Virus record (IMG/VR): IMGVR_UViG_3300017917_002401
Location: 25,128 to 89,127 of that record
DNA from: a virus
Reading direction: 5' to 3' (one strand)
Length of the DNA stretch: 64,000 nt
In this document: positions 55,313 through 64,000 of the stretch, piece after piece
Position numbering within the stretch: the first letter of the stretch is position 1
Layout of the letters: each line of letters starts with the position of its first letter
Position numbers and translations under genes: made by a program
Notes under the pieces: model-generated
Told to the model about the DNA's origin: nothing
What the model saw: the letters and a program-made list of their open reading frames with translations, nothing else
Databases searched by the model: none

Positions 55313-56154
55313 TTTAGGTAATCTTCTAGAATTTGGTCGATTTGTTTACAATTGGTATCACCTAAGGCTTCGCTACAATGAGTAACTAAGTCCATTAGTT
55401 GATAGTTAAGAATTAATTGGTCTTTACACTGATTCAGGGCTTCGATATACTTGTATCTACCACTAATAGGAATGCTAGCAATAATGTCATAGGTACTACC
55501 ATATTCACTAACAAGTGATACGGCTCGTTTAGGTCCAATCCCAGGCACGCCAGCGACATTATCACCAGAGTCACCTGTAAGACACTTAATACTAATATAG
55601 TCCTCTGGAGAAAACTCATAGTGAGTATTCCAGTTTTCGACAGTAATTTCTTTGCGAGTAACATAACTAAATCTTGATACGTGTTCCTGCACCAATAAGT
55701 CCCAGTCACGATCACTTGAGATTAACCAAATGTCATTAATGGGAAGTTTTGATTTTTTATTTACAATATAAGCTGCGATATCATCGGCCTCAACACCAGG
55801 AAATCTGATAACAGGGTAATCTGTTTCGTTTTCGATGTGAATCAGAGTTTTAGTAAAATCTTCAAAGAATAATTCAAACGCAGCTTTTTCAGCGTCTGTT
55901 TGATTTTCAAACTTGTCTTTGCGATTTTGTTTGTATTCTGGATAAATGGCTTTACGATAACTCGATGATCCTTGGTCGCCAGCGATAATCACATATTGTG
56001 CTTTATAGCTTTTCTTGAGACTGTTAACTGTTCGCAGATAATCCTCGGCGAAATCAGTTGCTCCACTGTGCTTATAGCGAAACGCTAAGTTCAGGGAGTC
56101 AACAATCATCAATGTATTTTCTGTTGTTGTAACTTGTTGAAAGGTTTTGCTCAT
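55309..56154 (-). CDS. D15: 5'-3' exonuclease / flap endonuclease (T5 D15-like)
   Basis: IVDSLNLAFR, YKQNR, EADD, SSDRDW, GDSGDNVAGVPGIGPKRA. Confidence 0.92.
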   Translation of the reverse strand: MSKTFQQVTTTENTLMIVDSLNLAFRYKHSGATDFAEDYLRTVNSLKKSYKAQYVIIAGDQGSSSYRKAIYPEYKQNRKDKFENQTDAEKAAFELFFEDFTKTLIHIENETDYPVIRFPGVEADDIAAYIVNKKSKLPINDIWLISSDRDWDLLVQEHVSRFSYVTRKEITVENWNTHYEFSPEDYISIKCLTGDSGDNVAGVPGIGPKRAVSLVSEYGSTYDIIASIPISGRYKYIEALNQCKDQLILNYQLMDLVTHCSEALGDTNCKQIDQILEDYLK

Positions 56155-56181
56155 TTTAATTTATTTTGCAACTAATTCATT

Positions 56182-56210
56182 ATTATACAATAATTAACAA
56201 ACTATTTCAA
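56182..56210 (-). promoter_or_regulatory. sigma70 promoter
   Basis: TTGAAA-17-TATAAT. Confidence 0.65.
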
Positions 56211-56662
56211 GTTACAAATTGTGGTTGGTCAAATTTGATCCAGTCTTCTAACAATGCTATATAGAAATCGTAACCTTCAATGCTAACCAGAATACATCGA
56301 TATGACATAGTTGCTGGTAAATCTTCAAATGCTACAAATATTTTAGACCTGTCAAATTTAAATATTAATAGTGGTTTTTTGCTTACTTGCTCGCCTTGAC
56401 GAACAGCTTGTTTCCAGAATTCTAATAATTGTGGATTCTTACCAGTTAATAAAGTACTATTTATATGATCTTCTGCGTAGCCTTTAACCTCAACAGCATA
56501 AAGGTTTGTTCGGCCTGGTACATATAAATCACCTTTTAATTGATGCTTGGGATCAAGAGCACCAGATCCTGGTACTCTTTCCCACGTTAATCCTGTAAGC
56601 TTTCTTAAAAGATCACGTACCGTGGTTTCAGTACGCGCTCCTTTAGCTCTTGGGTCAACCAT
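56207..56662 (-). CDS. D14: PD-(D/E)xK Holliday junction resolvase-like (T5 D14-like)
   Basis: KGARTE...RVPGSGA...GDL...EVK. Confidence 0.85.
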   Translation of the reverse strand: MVDPRAKGARTETTVRDLLRKLTGLTWERVPGSGALDPKHQLKGDLYVPGRTNLYAVEVKGYAEDHINSTLLTGKNPQLLEFWKQAVRQGEQVSKKPLLIFKFDRSKIFVAFEDLPATMSYRCILVSIEGYDFYIALLEDWIKFDQPQFVT

Positions 56663-56961
56663 TATTTAGCTTTTGTTGTTTTTGCTGCTGGTTGAACGAT
56701 TACAGGTTTTACTTCCTCGGCAGACGCCTCTGTAACTGGAAGTTCTGGCTCTGGGGCAGCCTGTGGAACAGCGGGTGCTGCGTTGCCACTTTTAGTGACA
56801 ACTTCAGTTTCATTAATGCTGTAAACAACATCGCCTCCAGTTACTTCTAAAGAATCTGCTTCTTGATAAGTAATTAGCTGTTTTACAAACACTTCTTGAC
56901 GTACGCCATTACGTAGAATAGTTGCAGCAGCTCCAGGACTGATAATTTCGATTTTTACCAT
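56662..56961 (-). CDS. Hypothetical protein
   Basis: ORF coupled to its neighbours; Ala/Pro-rich tail. Confidence 0.65.
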   Translation of the reverse strand: MVKIEIISPGAAATILRNGVRQEVFVKQLITYQEADSLEVTGGDVVYSINETEVVTKSGNAAPAVPQAAPEPELPVTEASAEEVKPVIVQPAAKTTKAK

Positions 56962-56962
56962 A

Positions 56963-58798
56963 TTATACCTCTATCTTGGATATATTATTATGTTTTACCA
57001 CATTTACTTTTTCAAGTAATGGATGTGTAAATCCATGGGATACTAAGAATGTATTCAAGTGTTCTTCTTTTAAGAGCACTTCTACTAGTTTCTCTTTTCC
57101 ATCAACATCCAGAGCCTCAACTGTTTCATCCAAGATAAGCAAGTTAATTCTAGAACTGGAAAGAGTTTGCATTAGCTTTCTGATAGCTAACAAGGTGGCC
57201 ACATTAACTCTGGCTTTTTCGCCACCACTTAATGCTAACATTTCAATATCTTTACCATTATCAGTAATTATAACATTGAGCTTGTCACTAGCATTAATCT
57301 TAAAGCTGATTTGAAATCTACCATCAGATAAATCTACCAAGTAGCTGTTGGTAATATCTTCCAAATCTTTTACTAAACATTCAATCTTATAGGCCACAAG
57401 ACCAGTAGTAGAAAATGTTTTAGTTAACACATTGATAATACTCATTCGCTCACTGAGTTCATGTAGTTTACCACTGTACATTTCCAATTCATCGTTCATT
57501 TCTACCAACTGCTTGCTAAGCAATTCTACTTTGGTGTTATGAGCGATAGCATTAGAGTTATGTTTTTCTGCTGCAGTTATTAGTTTACGAGTATTTGAAA
57601 TACTACGCTTTAGTTCATCTAATTTATCCTGCAATTCTTGTTCTACTAATAATTCTTCAGGCATAAAGGTATCGATCAATTGATGATACTTTTCCCACTC
57701 TTCCTGAGCCTTAGCAGCTTTTTGCCACTCAGCAAAGCTAGTAGAATAAGCCTTTTCTTCAGCACTGATATCTTCTAGTATTTTTGTTAATTCTGCTAGT
57801 CTTGTTTGTGCTGTTTCTTGAATTGTTGTTTGCTCACTTACTAATTCACCAATTTTGTGCGTATCAATAGGTTGCAAACAAGTAGGACAAATACCTTCTA
57901 GTTTAGCAATTTTCTGAACAAATGCTTTGCTGTCTTTTACGGTTTTTTGTAATTCAACAGCTTCAGTATTAACCACCTTGGTTCTGCTAGCAAGTGTATC
58001 GTCTGCTACAGGCTTTGGTGGAATTGGCAATATTTTTAAGTCAGCTTGTAAACGTTTATAGGTATTATTTTGAGAAATTTTTCTGTTAGTAGCTTCAATA
58101 CCACTAATAGTCAATTCTAGTTTGGAAGCTTCGGTAATTATATCAGGATTTACTGTTTCAACCTCTACCAAACTAATAGGACTTAGATCAGTTTTCTCAT
58201 ATTTGTCAAGCCAAGACTTTACAGTATTTACCTGAGATTGGGTACTTGCAATATCTTTGGTAAGCTCTGCGGTAACTTCTTTGAAAACTTCTTGAGCACG
58301 AGTATACTTGCCTAAATTAAGAATTTCAATAAGAAACTTTTTGCGAGCCGTATCAGCCGCAGTTAAAAACTCTAGACTGCTAGCATTACTTTGATATACG
58401 ATCTGTGCAAAAGCTTTGTGATCTATACCAATGATTTCTTCAATCATCTTGTATGTGGCAGTTGCAGTATGAGAACTTACATCTATACCGTCTTTAAACA
58501 ATTTTACTGTTTGTGTACTACCACGATTTGATTTAATCAAATATTCTGTACCGTCACGTTCAAATTCTAGTTCAATAGAATAAGATTTGTCTTTAACATA
58601 ACGATTTAGAATATCTGCTTTTTTAATACCTTTGCTATTTTTATTGAATAGGATTTCTTCAAGAATTAATGCAATAGAGCTTTTACCGTGACCATTGCGA
58701 CCCACAAGTTGAGTAAGCGGAGCACTATAAAAGTCTATTTCATTGTCTTTGCCATAGCTAAAGGCATTAGACCAACGTAATTTTTTAATCGTTATCAT
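56963..58798 (-). CDS. D13: SbcC/Rad50-like ATPase (T5 D13-like)
   Basis: GRNGHGKS, zinc hook CPTC, LSGGE, LILDE, VSH. Confidence 0.92.
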   Translation of the reverse strand: MITIKKLRWSNAFSYGKDNEIDFYSAPLTQLVGRNGHGKSSIALILEEILFNKNSKGIKKADILNRYVKDKSYSIELEFERDGTEYLIKSNRGSTQTVKLFKDGIDVSSHTATATYKMIEEIIGIDHKAFAQIVYQSNASSLEFLTAADTARKKFLIEILNLGKYTRAQEVFKEVTAELTKDIASTQSQVNTVKSWLDKYEKTDLSPISLVEVETVNPDIITEASKLELTISGIEATNRKISQNNTYKRLQADLKILPIPPKPVADDTLASRTKVVNTEAVELQKTVKDSKAFVQKIAKLEGICPTCLQPIDTHKIGELVSEQTTIQETAQTRLAELTKILEDISAEEKAYSTSFAEWQKAAKAQEEWEKYHQLIDTFMPEELLVEQELQDKLDELKRSISNTRKLITAAEKHNSNAIAHNTKVELLSKQLVEMNDELEMYSGKLHELSERMSIINVLTKTFSTTGLVAYKIECLVKDLEDITNSYLVDLSDGRFQISFKINASDKLNVIITDNGKDIEMLALSGGEKARVNVATLLAIRKLMQTLSSSRINLLILDETVEALDVDGKEKLVEVLLKEEHLNTFLVSHGFTHPLLEKVNVVKHNNISKIEV

Positions 58799-59042
58799 TT
58801 GCTAAAACTTGTTTCAACTCTAGCAAACCGCCTATGTGTTTACCATCAAGAAAAATTTGTGGAACACTGCGAGCCTGCGGAACTTTATCAATTAGATCTT
58901 TTTTGGTATAACCATTGATTCCTATCATGCACTCACTATAGCCAATACCATAACGTTCCAGTAACTTTTTTGCTTCGGTGCAGGCTGGACAGTTAGTTTG
59001 AGACCATACTACGGCTTTACTCTGTGAAAATTTTGTTCGCAT
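58785..59042 (-). CDS. Glutaredoxin
   Basis: CPAC, SVPQIF, IGG. Confidence 0.9.
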   Translation of the reverse strand: MRTKFSQSKAVVWSQTNCPACTEAKKLLERYGIGYSECMIGINGYTKKDLIDKVPQARSVPQIFLDGKHIGGLLELKQVLANDND

Positions 59043-59988
59043 GATTTTGGAACTCCTTTAGTACCGCCTCAATAGTAGGTTCGGGCAAGTCTAAAATATA
59101 GGTTAAATATTCCCTGACTTCTTCTTCAAAAGTCATTTCAGGGGCTAAAATTAGTGCACTATCTGTATCACGTTTTAAGACCTTGCTGGCAATTAGTTCT
59201 GAATCTTCTAAAGCTCCCAGCTCTTGCATATCGCCTTCGACTTCGTAAATTGTATGGTCGAAATCTGTGGGCGGTTTAGGATCTGATGCGGTTACAGTTT
59301 TGCGTATAAGCTGAGGCAGTTGAAACTTTAGCCAAACATGCTCTAAAGTATCACTATCTAGTAGGATGGCCCCAGTATCAACATGATGGCGATGAAAACT
59401 AGTAGTGTACGGACTACCTGGATAAAGAATATTTCTTTGACAGTTTTCATAACTGTGCAAATCTCCTGCTAGTACTACTTGCCAACGGTCCAGCAACTCT
59501 AGCGGTATTTCGGGTTTGACGTGTGGTGGTATTTCACCTCGTATGTGAGTACACAGGATTCTACCATGAAAGTCTAGTGTACTGTAATTGTCCACAAAGT
59601 CTTTTAGTTTAGTGTATGGAATAATATCAATATCACCACCAAGTAGATCATTGCGATAATCATCACACACAGTGACCAATGGATTTAACCTAAAAGTTGC
59701 TTTTTTAAGATAACTCAGAAAGCTTGTGTCCTTCTTAAGCATCTCATGGTTACCTGGATAGATAACTGTGGGTTTAGTGAAACTGGCTACAAAGTCAAAA
59801 TATAGCTCAACTTCGTCCATTGTTGGCAATCGGTCAAACACATCGCCACCAATGATTATTAGATCAGCTTGTTTCTGCATTTCTGCAAACTGTTCAATAA
59901 ACAGCTGGAATCGTTTACGAGCCCATTCGATGGGAACGTTTTTCTGACCTAGTTTAATATGAACGTCTGCTGTGAATAAAATCTTCAT
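59017..59988 (-). CDS. D12: SbcD/Mre11-like nuclease (T5 D12-like)
   Basis: ADVH, GDVFD, GNHE, GDLH, YPGSP. Confidence 0.92.
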   Translation of the reverse strand: MKILFTADVHIKLGQKNVPIEWARKRFQLFIEQFAEMQKQADLIIIGGDVFDRLPTMDEVELYFDFVASFTKPTVIYPGNHEMLKKDTSFLSYLKKATFRLNPLVTVCDDYRNDLLGGDIDIIPYTKLKDFVDNYSTLDFHGRILCTHIRGEIPPHVKPEIPLELLDRWQVVLAGDLHSYENCQRNILYPGSPYTTSFHRHHVDTGAILLDSDTLEHVWLKFQLPQLIRKTVTASDPKPPTDFDHTIYEVEGDMQELGALEDSELIASKVLKRDTDSALILAPEMTFEEEVREYLTYILDLPEPTIEAVLKEFQNHANKIFTE

Positions 59989-60000
59989 TGTTTTACAGAC

Positions 60001-60033
60001 AAAAAAGCCCGCAAAGGTTTTAATTTTGCGGGC
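60001..60033 (-). terminator. Terminator after D11
   Basis: GCCCGCAAA/TTTGCGGGC stem, T-run on the minus strand. Confidence 0.75.
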
Positions 60034-60040
60034 CGTGTTA

Positions 60041-60691
60041 TTAACCTAGTTCCTTAACGGCTTCGCGCTCGGCATCAGTGCCTTCGCCTTCACCTTCTTC
60101 AGGGTCTTGGTTGCTAGTAATCTTTTCCAACAGAGCACGAACATCGGCTTCTGTAGGACGAGGAAACTTCTCGTCAATAGATTTGGCAGCTTCAGCCATT
60201 GCACGCTCTTCGTCTGTTAGTGGGCGTGGCTTGCAACGCAGAACCTGTAGAGTGTATTCAACATTAAAGGCCAGCGGGCCAGTTTTAACACGTTTAAATA
60301 CTACATCCCAACCAGTATCAGGATCTGTAGGATCGCCCAAGTCTTCAGCGGCAGTTACAATCTGCTCAAACAGCTTCTTTTTAAGATTAAGGGCTACAAC
60401 TTTATTCTGTTTAGGGTCAATACAGTTTACGCTGTAGCTCCAGCTGCACTTTGCGTCTGGAAAGTACTCAGGGACAATATCTTTTTCAACGTTGTCGAAT
60501 TTCTCTTTTTCACGACTAAAAGCCAAACATTCAACAGGAATATCCTTGTTGTTAGTACCTTTGAGCCAGTAAATGTATCGTGGAAGAACTCCACCGATCA
60601 AGCGAACAGTGTTCTCACCGTCTTTGTACTCAAAAGATTCTACTTTGTTAGATTGTGCTTTGCCTTTAGTATTTTTGAAGCTAAGTGCCAT
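60041..60691 (-). CDS. D11: ssDNA-binding protein (T5 D11-like)
   Basis: VLPRYIYW, ECLAF.REKE.F, DPTDPDTGWD..F...KTGP..FNVEY; acidic tail. Confidence 0.85.
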   Translation of the reverse strand: MALSFKNTKGKAQSNKVESFEYKDGENTVRLIGGVLPRYIYWLKGTNNKDIPVECLAFSREKEKFDNVEKDIVPEYFPDAKCSWSYSVNCIDPKQNKVVALNLKKKLFEQIVTAAEDLGDPTDPDTGWDVVFKRVKTGPLAFNVEYTLQVLRCKPRPLTDEERAMAEAAKSIDEKFPRPTEADVRALLEKITSNQDPEEGEGEGTDAEREAVKELG

Positions 60692-60693
60692 TT

Positions 60694-61074
60694 TTAGTTT
60701 TCCTCGAATTTGAAGTAAATTTTGTTTTCTTTAATTGTTAATAGCGGATTGTGTTTAATTGCGTCTAGGTCAATATCTTGAAAAAATGATAGGTCTAGAT
60801 ATTTGGTACCGTAGTATTTGTAATTTGCGTAGTCTCTACGCCCCGCCAATCGAATATACTGTGCTTTATATATTACATCAGTACTTTTATCTTTAAATAG
60901 TGAAGCTGGATTAAGTAAGAAGCTAGTTCCCAACAAGTTTTTAATAGGTTTTCGGGATCTATGGTTTTTAGGGATAGTCTTTTTACTATAATGCAGCTTC
61001 AACAACTCAACTAATTTTTTAGAATCACACAGTGTTTCAGTCTCTAAAATATTCAGGTTGAATAAAAGAGTCAT
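60694..61074 (-). CDS. Conserved T5-like hypothetical protein
   Basis: G.SFLLNP, YI.LA.RR.Y, NPLL; lies between D10 and D11. Confidence 0.75.
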   Translation of the reverse strand: MTLLFNLNILETETLCDSKKLVELLKLHYSKKTIPKNHRSRKPIKNLLGTSFLLNPASLFKDKSTDVIYKAQYIRLAGRRDYANYKYYGTKYLDLSFFQDIDLDAIKHNPLLTIKENKIYFKFEEN

Positions 61075-61093
61075 AATGTTTAACTCAGACTAT

Positions 61094-61122
61094 ATTATAC
61101 CACTTTGGGACTACTCTGACAA
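61094..61122 (-). promoter_or_regulatory. sigma70 promoter
   Basis: TTGTCA-17-TATAAT. Confidence 0.7.
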
Positions 61123-61131
61123 GTTAAATTT

Positions 61132-62427
61132 TTACATTGCCAGTACTTCCCATCCCTGTTTTAAGTAAAAAGCCATACGATCATTGTTTTGCTTGCGATC
61201 ATTCCGACCAGCAAACTGCATATCTATGACTATAGGGTCTAGTTTATCTTCAAACAAACGTTGAATGCGACCAATAAGCTGTTCAAGTAAACTGTCGTTG
61301 CTCATGGGCTCTGCAAGTATTAAGCAGCTAAGCCTGTTAATAGATATGCCTTCTGAGAAGATCTGCCTTGAACCTGCAATTGCATGTTTTTGTTTGTTGA
61401 GGATCTGTTCTTTTGCAAGTTTTCGTTCCTCAAATTCTGTGTCGCCAGTAACCAGCAAACAGTCATCACCAATATATTCCTTTATTTTCGCCAAAAATTC
61501 TACACGACTAGCTACCAATAATACTGCATGACCCTTAGCCATTTCACGTAGGGCGATTGCAGCAATAGCTTTACGATAGCTTTCATTTTGCATTAAATCA
61601 TTGATTTTTTCTACCCAAGTTGCATCAGGTTTTAGTATAATACCCGTTTTAACAGTGTAGATAGTAGGCATTAAAGTATTAGCTTGTTCTGGTTTTAGAA
61701 TATGGTCGCCAAAATAATCACGAAATAATACGTGTTTTTTGTCTTTGCGAATCATAGTACCACTAAGTGCAATACGATAACGTGCTGGAAAAGCATCTAC
61801 TGTTTCTGCAAATGTAGTGGCAGGACAGTGGTGGGCTTCGTCCATAATAACAGTTCCAAACTCACGTGTGAGTTCTGGCAGCTTTTTTGCAAGTGTTTGA
61901 ATATTTCCGATTACAATAAAGTGATCTTCTATATCAAAACTGCCACTACCTACAATACCTACCGGTGTTCCAAAAAGCAGTTCGGCTTCTTCAATCCACT
62001 GATCTCGCAGTGCCGTGGTGTGCGTGATAACAAGTGTTTTTTGTCCAAATTTCCTTGCAAGGTGTAAAGCAGTGAAAGTTTTACCCCAACCCACTTTAGC
62101 GTTGATAAAGCACGTGTCGTTAACTTTGTCATAAATTTCCTGCTGATCTGCTCTTAGCTCAAATTTAGGGTCTGGAAAAGGTACTGGATTGTAATGCCGC
62201 TTATCTACTATCTCGTAGCCATTAGGTATTAAATCCACCCGACCTTGTGGCATAGAGATAATACCTTTAGCTAATACTTTGTAGTTTTTGATAGTTTCGA
62301 TTGCTTGGAATTGTTTACTGCCAGTATCTTTTTTGATTTTATAAGTTAGTTCTTGCATAACTAACTTGGTGTGCTCTACACCTGGATTATCAATGTAGAT
62401 GCGATTACTTATAATTGCTTTAGACAT
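61132..62427 (-). CDS. D10: SF2 helicase (T5 D10-like)
   Basis: GWGKT, DEAH, LSGT, SEGIS, QLIGRIQR. Confidence 0.92.
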   Translation of the reverse strand: MSKAIISNRIYIDNPGVEHTKLVMQELTYKIKKDTGSKQFQAIETIKNYKVLAKGIISMPQGRVDLIPNGYEIVDKRHYNPVPFPDPKFELRADQQEIYDKVNDTCFINAKVGWGKTFTALHLARKFGQKTLVITHTTALRDQWIEEAELLFGTPVGIVGSGSFDIEDHFIVIGNIQTLAKKLPELTREFGTVIMDEAHHCPATTFAETVDAFPARYRIALSGTMIRKDKKHVLFRDYFGDHILKPEQANTLMPTIYTVKTGIILKPDATWVEKINDLMQNESYRKAIAAIALREMAKGHAVLLVASRVEFLAKIKEYIGDDCLLVTGDTEFEERKLAKEQILNKQKHAIAGSRQIFSEGISINRLSCLILAEPMSNDSLLEQLIGRIQRLFEDKLDPIVIDMQFAGRNDRKQNNDRMAFYLKQGWEVLAM

Positions 62428-62978
62428 TATACTAGTCTCCAAGTATCTTTTATAGGATGCTCATAGTATCCATACAACATATGACCACCATCCACATATA
62501 AGATACCTGCATACTGTTCCCACGATTCAGGAGTACGCATACTCTTAAACCTAAAAACTAGACTATCTACTTCTAACACACACCCTATGCCACCAACAGG
62601 TAAAATTTGGGTAATCTTGTGTGTTTTTAGTTTGGCGCGTTTGATTTTTTTATGTTGAAAAACTCTACCGTGGCTGTCAATAAACCATGTAGTTGCTTTT
62701 GCCAATTTAATAAGGTCAACTAAAAAATAAACGGCAGAGCCTATTGGATATACGCTCTGCTTTTTATCAATAGCTAATCTTCGTAGCCCTAGAGTAGGCT
62801 TATCAATATTTTTATCATCTACGATTCTGATATTGCGTCGAGTTTGGGCAGTATCTATGTCAGCATATTCTGCCTGATAGAATACTACACCATCTTCAAC
62901 TGTTGGCTTCTTCTCACCTAGCCTGTACACGGGCCAAATCAGATCCTTCAAATGTATAGAATTCGTCCCATTTTCCAA
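62427..62978 (-). CDS. Conserved T5-like hypothetical protein (start uncertain)
   Basis: WPVYRL...VDDKN...TLGLRRL...FIDSHG; between polymerase and D10. Confidence 0.7.
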   Translation of the reverse strand: MENGTNSIHLKDLIWPVYRLGEKKPTVEDGVVFYQAEYADIDTAQTRRNIRIVDDKNIDKPTLGLRRLAIDKKQSVYPIGSAVYFLVDLIKLAKATTWFIDSHGRVFQHKKIKRAKLKTHKITQILPVGGIGCVLEVDSLVFRFKSMRTPESWEQYAGILYVDGGHMLYGYYEHPIKDTWRLV

Positions 62979-63999
62979 AGCTATAATCGTCCCCTACTTC
63001 TTGGTCAACTCCAATAGGAAATCCAGAAATACTACAACCCCAATCGTGTTGAGTATTGCGTTTTAAGATACCACAGTACTGATCTACTTGATCTTCACGA
63101 ACCAGTGCCACAATCGAGTCGTGTACTAGCATAAAGATTTTAGCGTCTAGGCCTACGGATTTGATTTCGTTTGCAGTTCTAATAGCACCAAGCAAGTTAA
63201 TGTCTGATGCAAGTGACTGAACTTCGGCATTGATGCCGGAACGTACCTCATGAGCTGCAATACCCTTGTCTGAGCTAAATACGTTTGGTAAACGACGCTT
63301 TCTGCCAAAGAAACTATAGGTGTATCCGTTAACTTCAATAAACGATTTTCTATCATCTAGCCATTTCTTTAGTTTACTAAACTTTCCAAAGTATTGTTTA
63401 ATATCCTCGCGTGCTTGTTCTACTGGATAGTATTCGCCAGTTGCTTTCGTAACTGTTTGTGAAACTTTATTAGCACCGCTACCATACAAAATACCAAAGC
63501 TAATTGCTTTGGCGGATTGACGCATACTCTTGTACACGTTTTTAACTTCATCAACGTGACAAGGCAGGTTAAAAACCATTTTAGCAATTGTTGAGTGGAA
63601 GTCGCCACCACTAGAGAAAACTTGTTGTAGATTCTTATCGCCACTTAGTACAGCAGCATAATACATTTCTGCTGTTGTCAAGTCTTGCGATACAATCTTA
63701 TAGCCCGCTGGAGCTTTAATACAACCCTTGATAATAGGGTCGTCACGAGGAATTTGCTGAGCGTTAAACTTGCCACTACTAGACAGGCGACCACTAGTGG
63801 TAAAAGTAAGATTAAAATTGGTACGAATTCTACCATCTCTATCAAGCTCCGGTAGAATCTTTTGGATATAAGTATTTTGAATTTTGCCAAGCTGACGTAC
63901 TTTCAAAATTGCTGCTGGAAGTGGATGTTCTTCCGATAACTGTTCTAGCACTTCAGCATCAGTTGAAATTGCTCCAGTTGCAGTTTTCTTGCCAGTTGG
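62914..63999 (-). CDS. Family A DNA polymerase, C-terminal part (truncated by the window edge)
   Basis: TSGRLSS, DLTTAE (motif A), RQSAKAISFGILYG (B), VHDS (C). Confidence 0.95.
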   Translation of the reverse strand, partial: PTGKKTATGAISTDAEVLEQLSEEHPLPAAILKVRQLGKIQNTYIQKILPELDRDGRIRTNFNLTFTTSGRLSSSGKFNAQQIPRDDPIIKGCIKAPAGYKIVSQDLTTAEMYYAAVLSGDKNLQQVFSSGGDFHSTIAKMVFNLPCHVDEVKNVYKSMRQSAKAISFGILYGSGANKVSQTVTKATGEYYPVEQAREDIKQYFGKFSKLKKWLDDRKSFIEVNGYTYSFFGRKRRLPNVFSSDKGIAAHEVRSGINAEVQSLASDINLLGAIRTANEIKSVGLDAKIFMLVHDSIVALVREDQVDQYCGILKRNTQHDWGCSISGFPIGVDQEVGDDYSFGKWDEFYTFEGSDLARVQAR

Positions 64000-64000
64000 A

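Noticed and set aside
52871-63999. Introns or inteins in RNR, helicase or polymerase
   Set aside because: The ORFs are continuous and of normal length, with no visible splicing motifs or homing endonucleases
8277-63999. Opposite-strand and alternative-frame ORFs in the track (e.g. 20208-20606, 22710-23198, 54291-54656, 60078-60437)
   Set aside because: Shadows of well-supported genes, without RBS or motifs
8277-63999. Stop-codon reassignment
   Set aside because: Core genes are full-length under the standard code, and the tRNA is not a suppressor

Overview
Part of a T5-like (Demerecviridae-like) siphophage genome, in reverse orientation relative to the usual T5 map. 1-8.2 kb looks like the pre-early/terminal-repeat accessory region. 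It contains an ORF-poor ncRNA locus (~340-1440, minus strand) with a tRNA-Glu followed almost directly by a full-consensus hammerhead ribozyme, tandem repeats and other repeated hairpin motifs. It also carries small minus-strand gene cassettes (three A2-like DNA-binding paralogs, two SprT-like HExxH proteins, a DEDDh exonuclease, a HAD phosphatase, a PQ-loop protein). These cassettes are separated by a repeated element: a palindromic antisense sigma70 promoter, a long hairpin and usually a terminator. 8.3-52.6 kb (+) is the morphogenesis/lysis arm: terminase, HNH nickase, portal, fused protease-capsid, tail with a -1 frameshift chaperone, tape measure, a lambda-like fused tail tip, many fibre genes, spanins, GH19 endolysin, an unexplained secreted/membrane cluster, PhoH and a Dps fusion. 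52.7-64 kb (-) is the T5-type replication arm (class II RNR, dUTPase, D15-D10, DNA polymerase, truncated at the window edge). All assignments come from motif and synteny recognition by eye; no database searches or folding programs were run.
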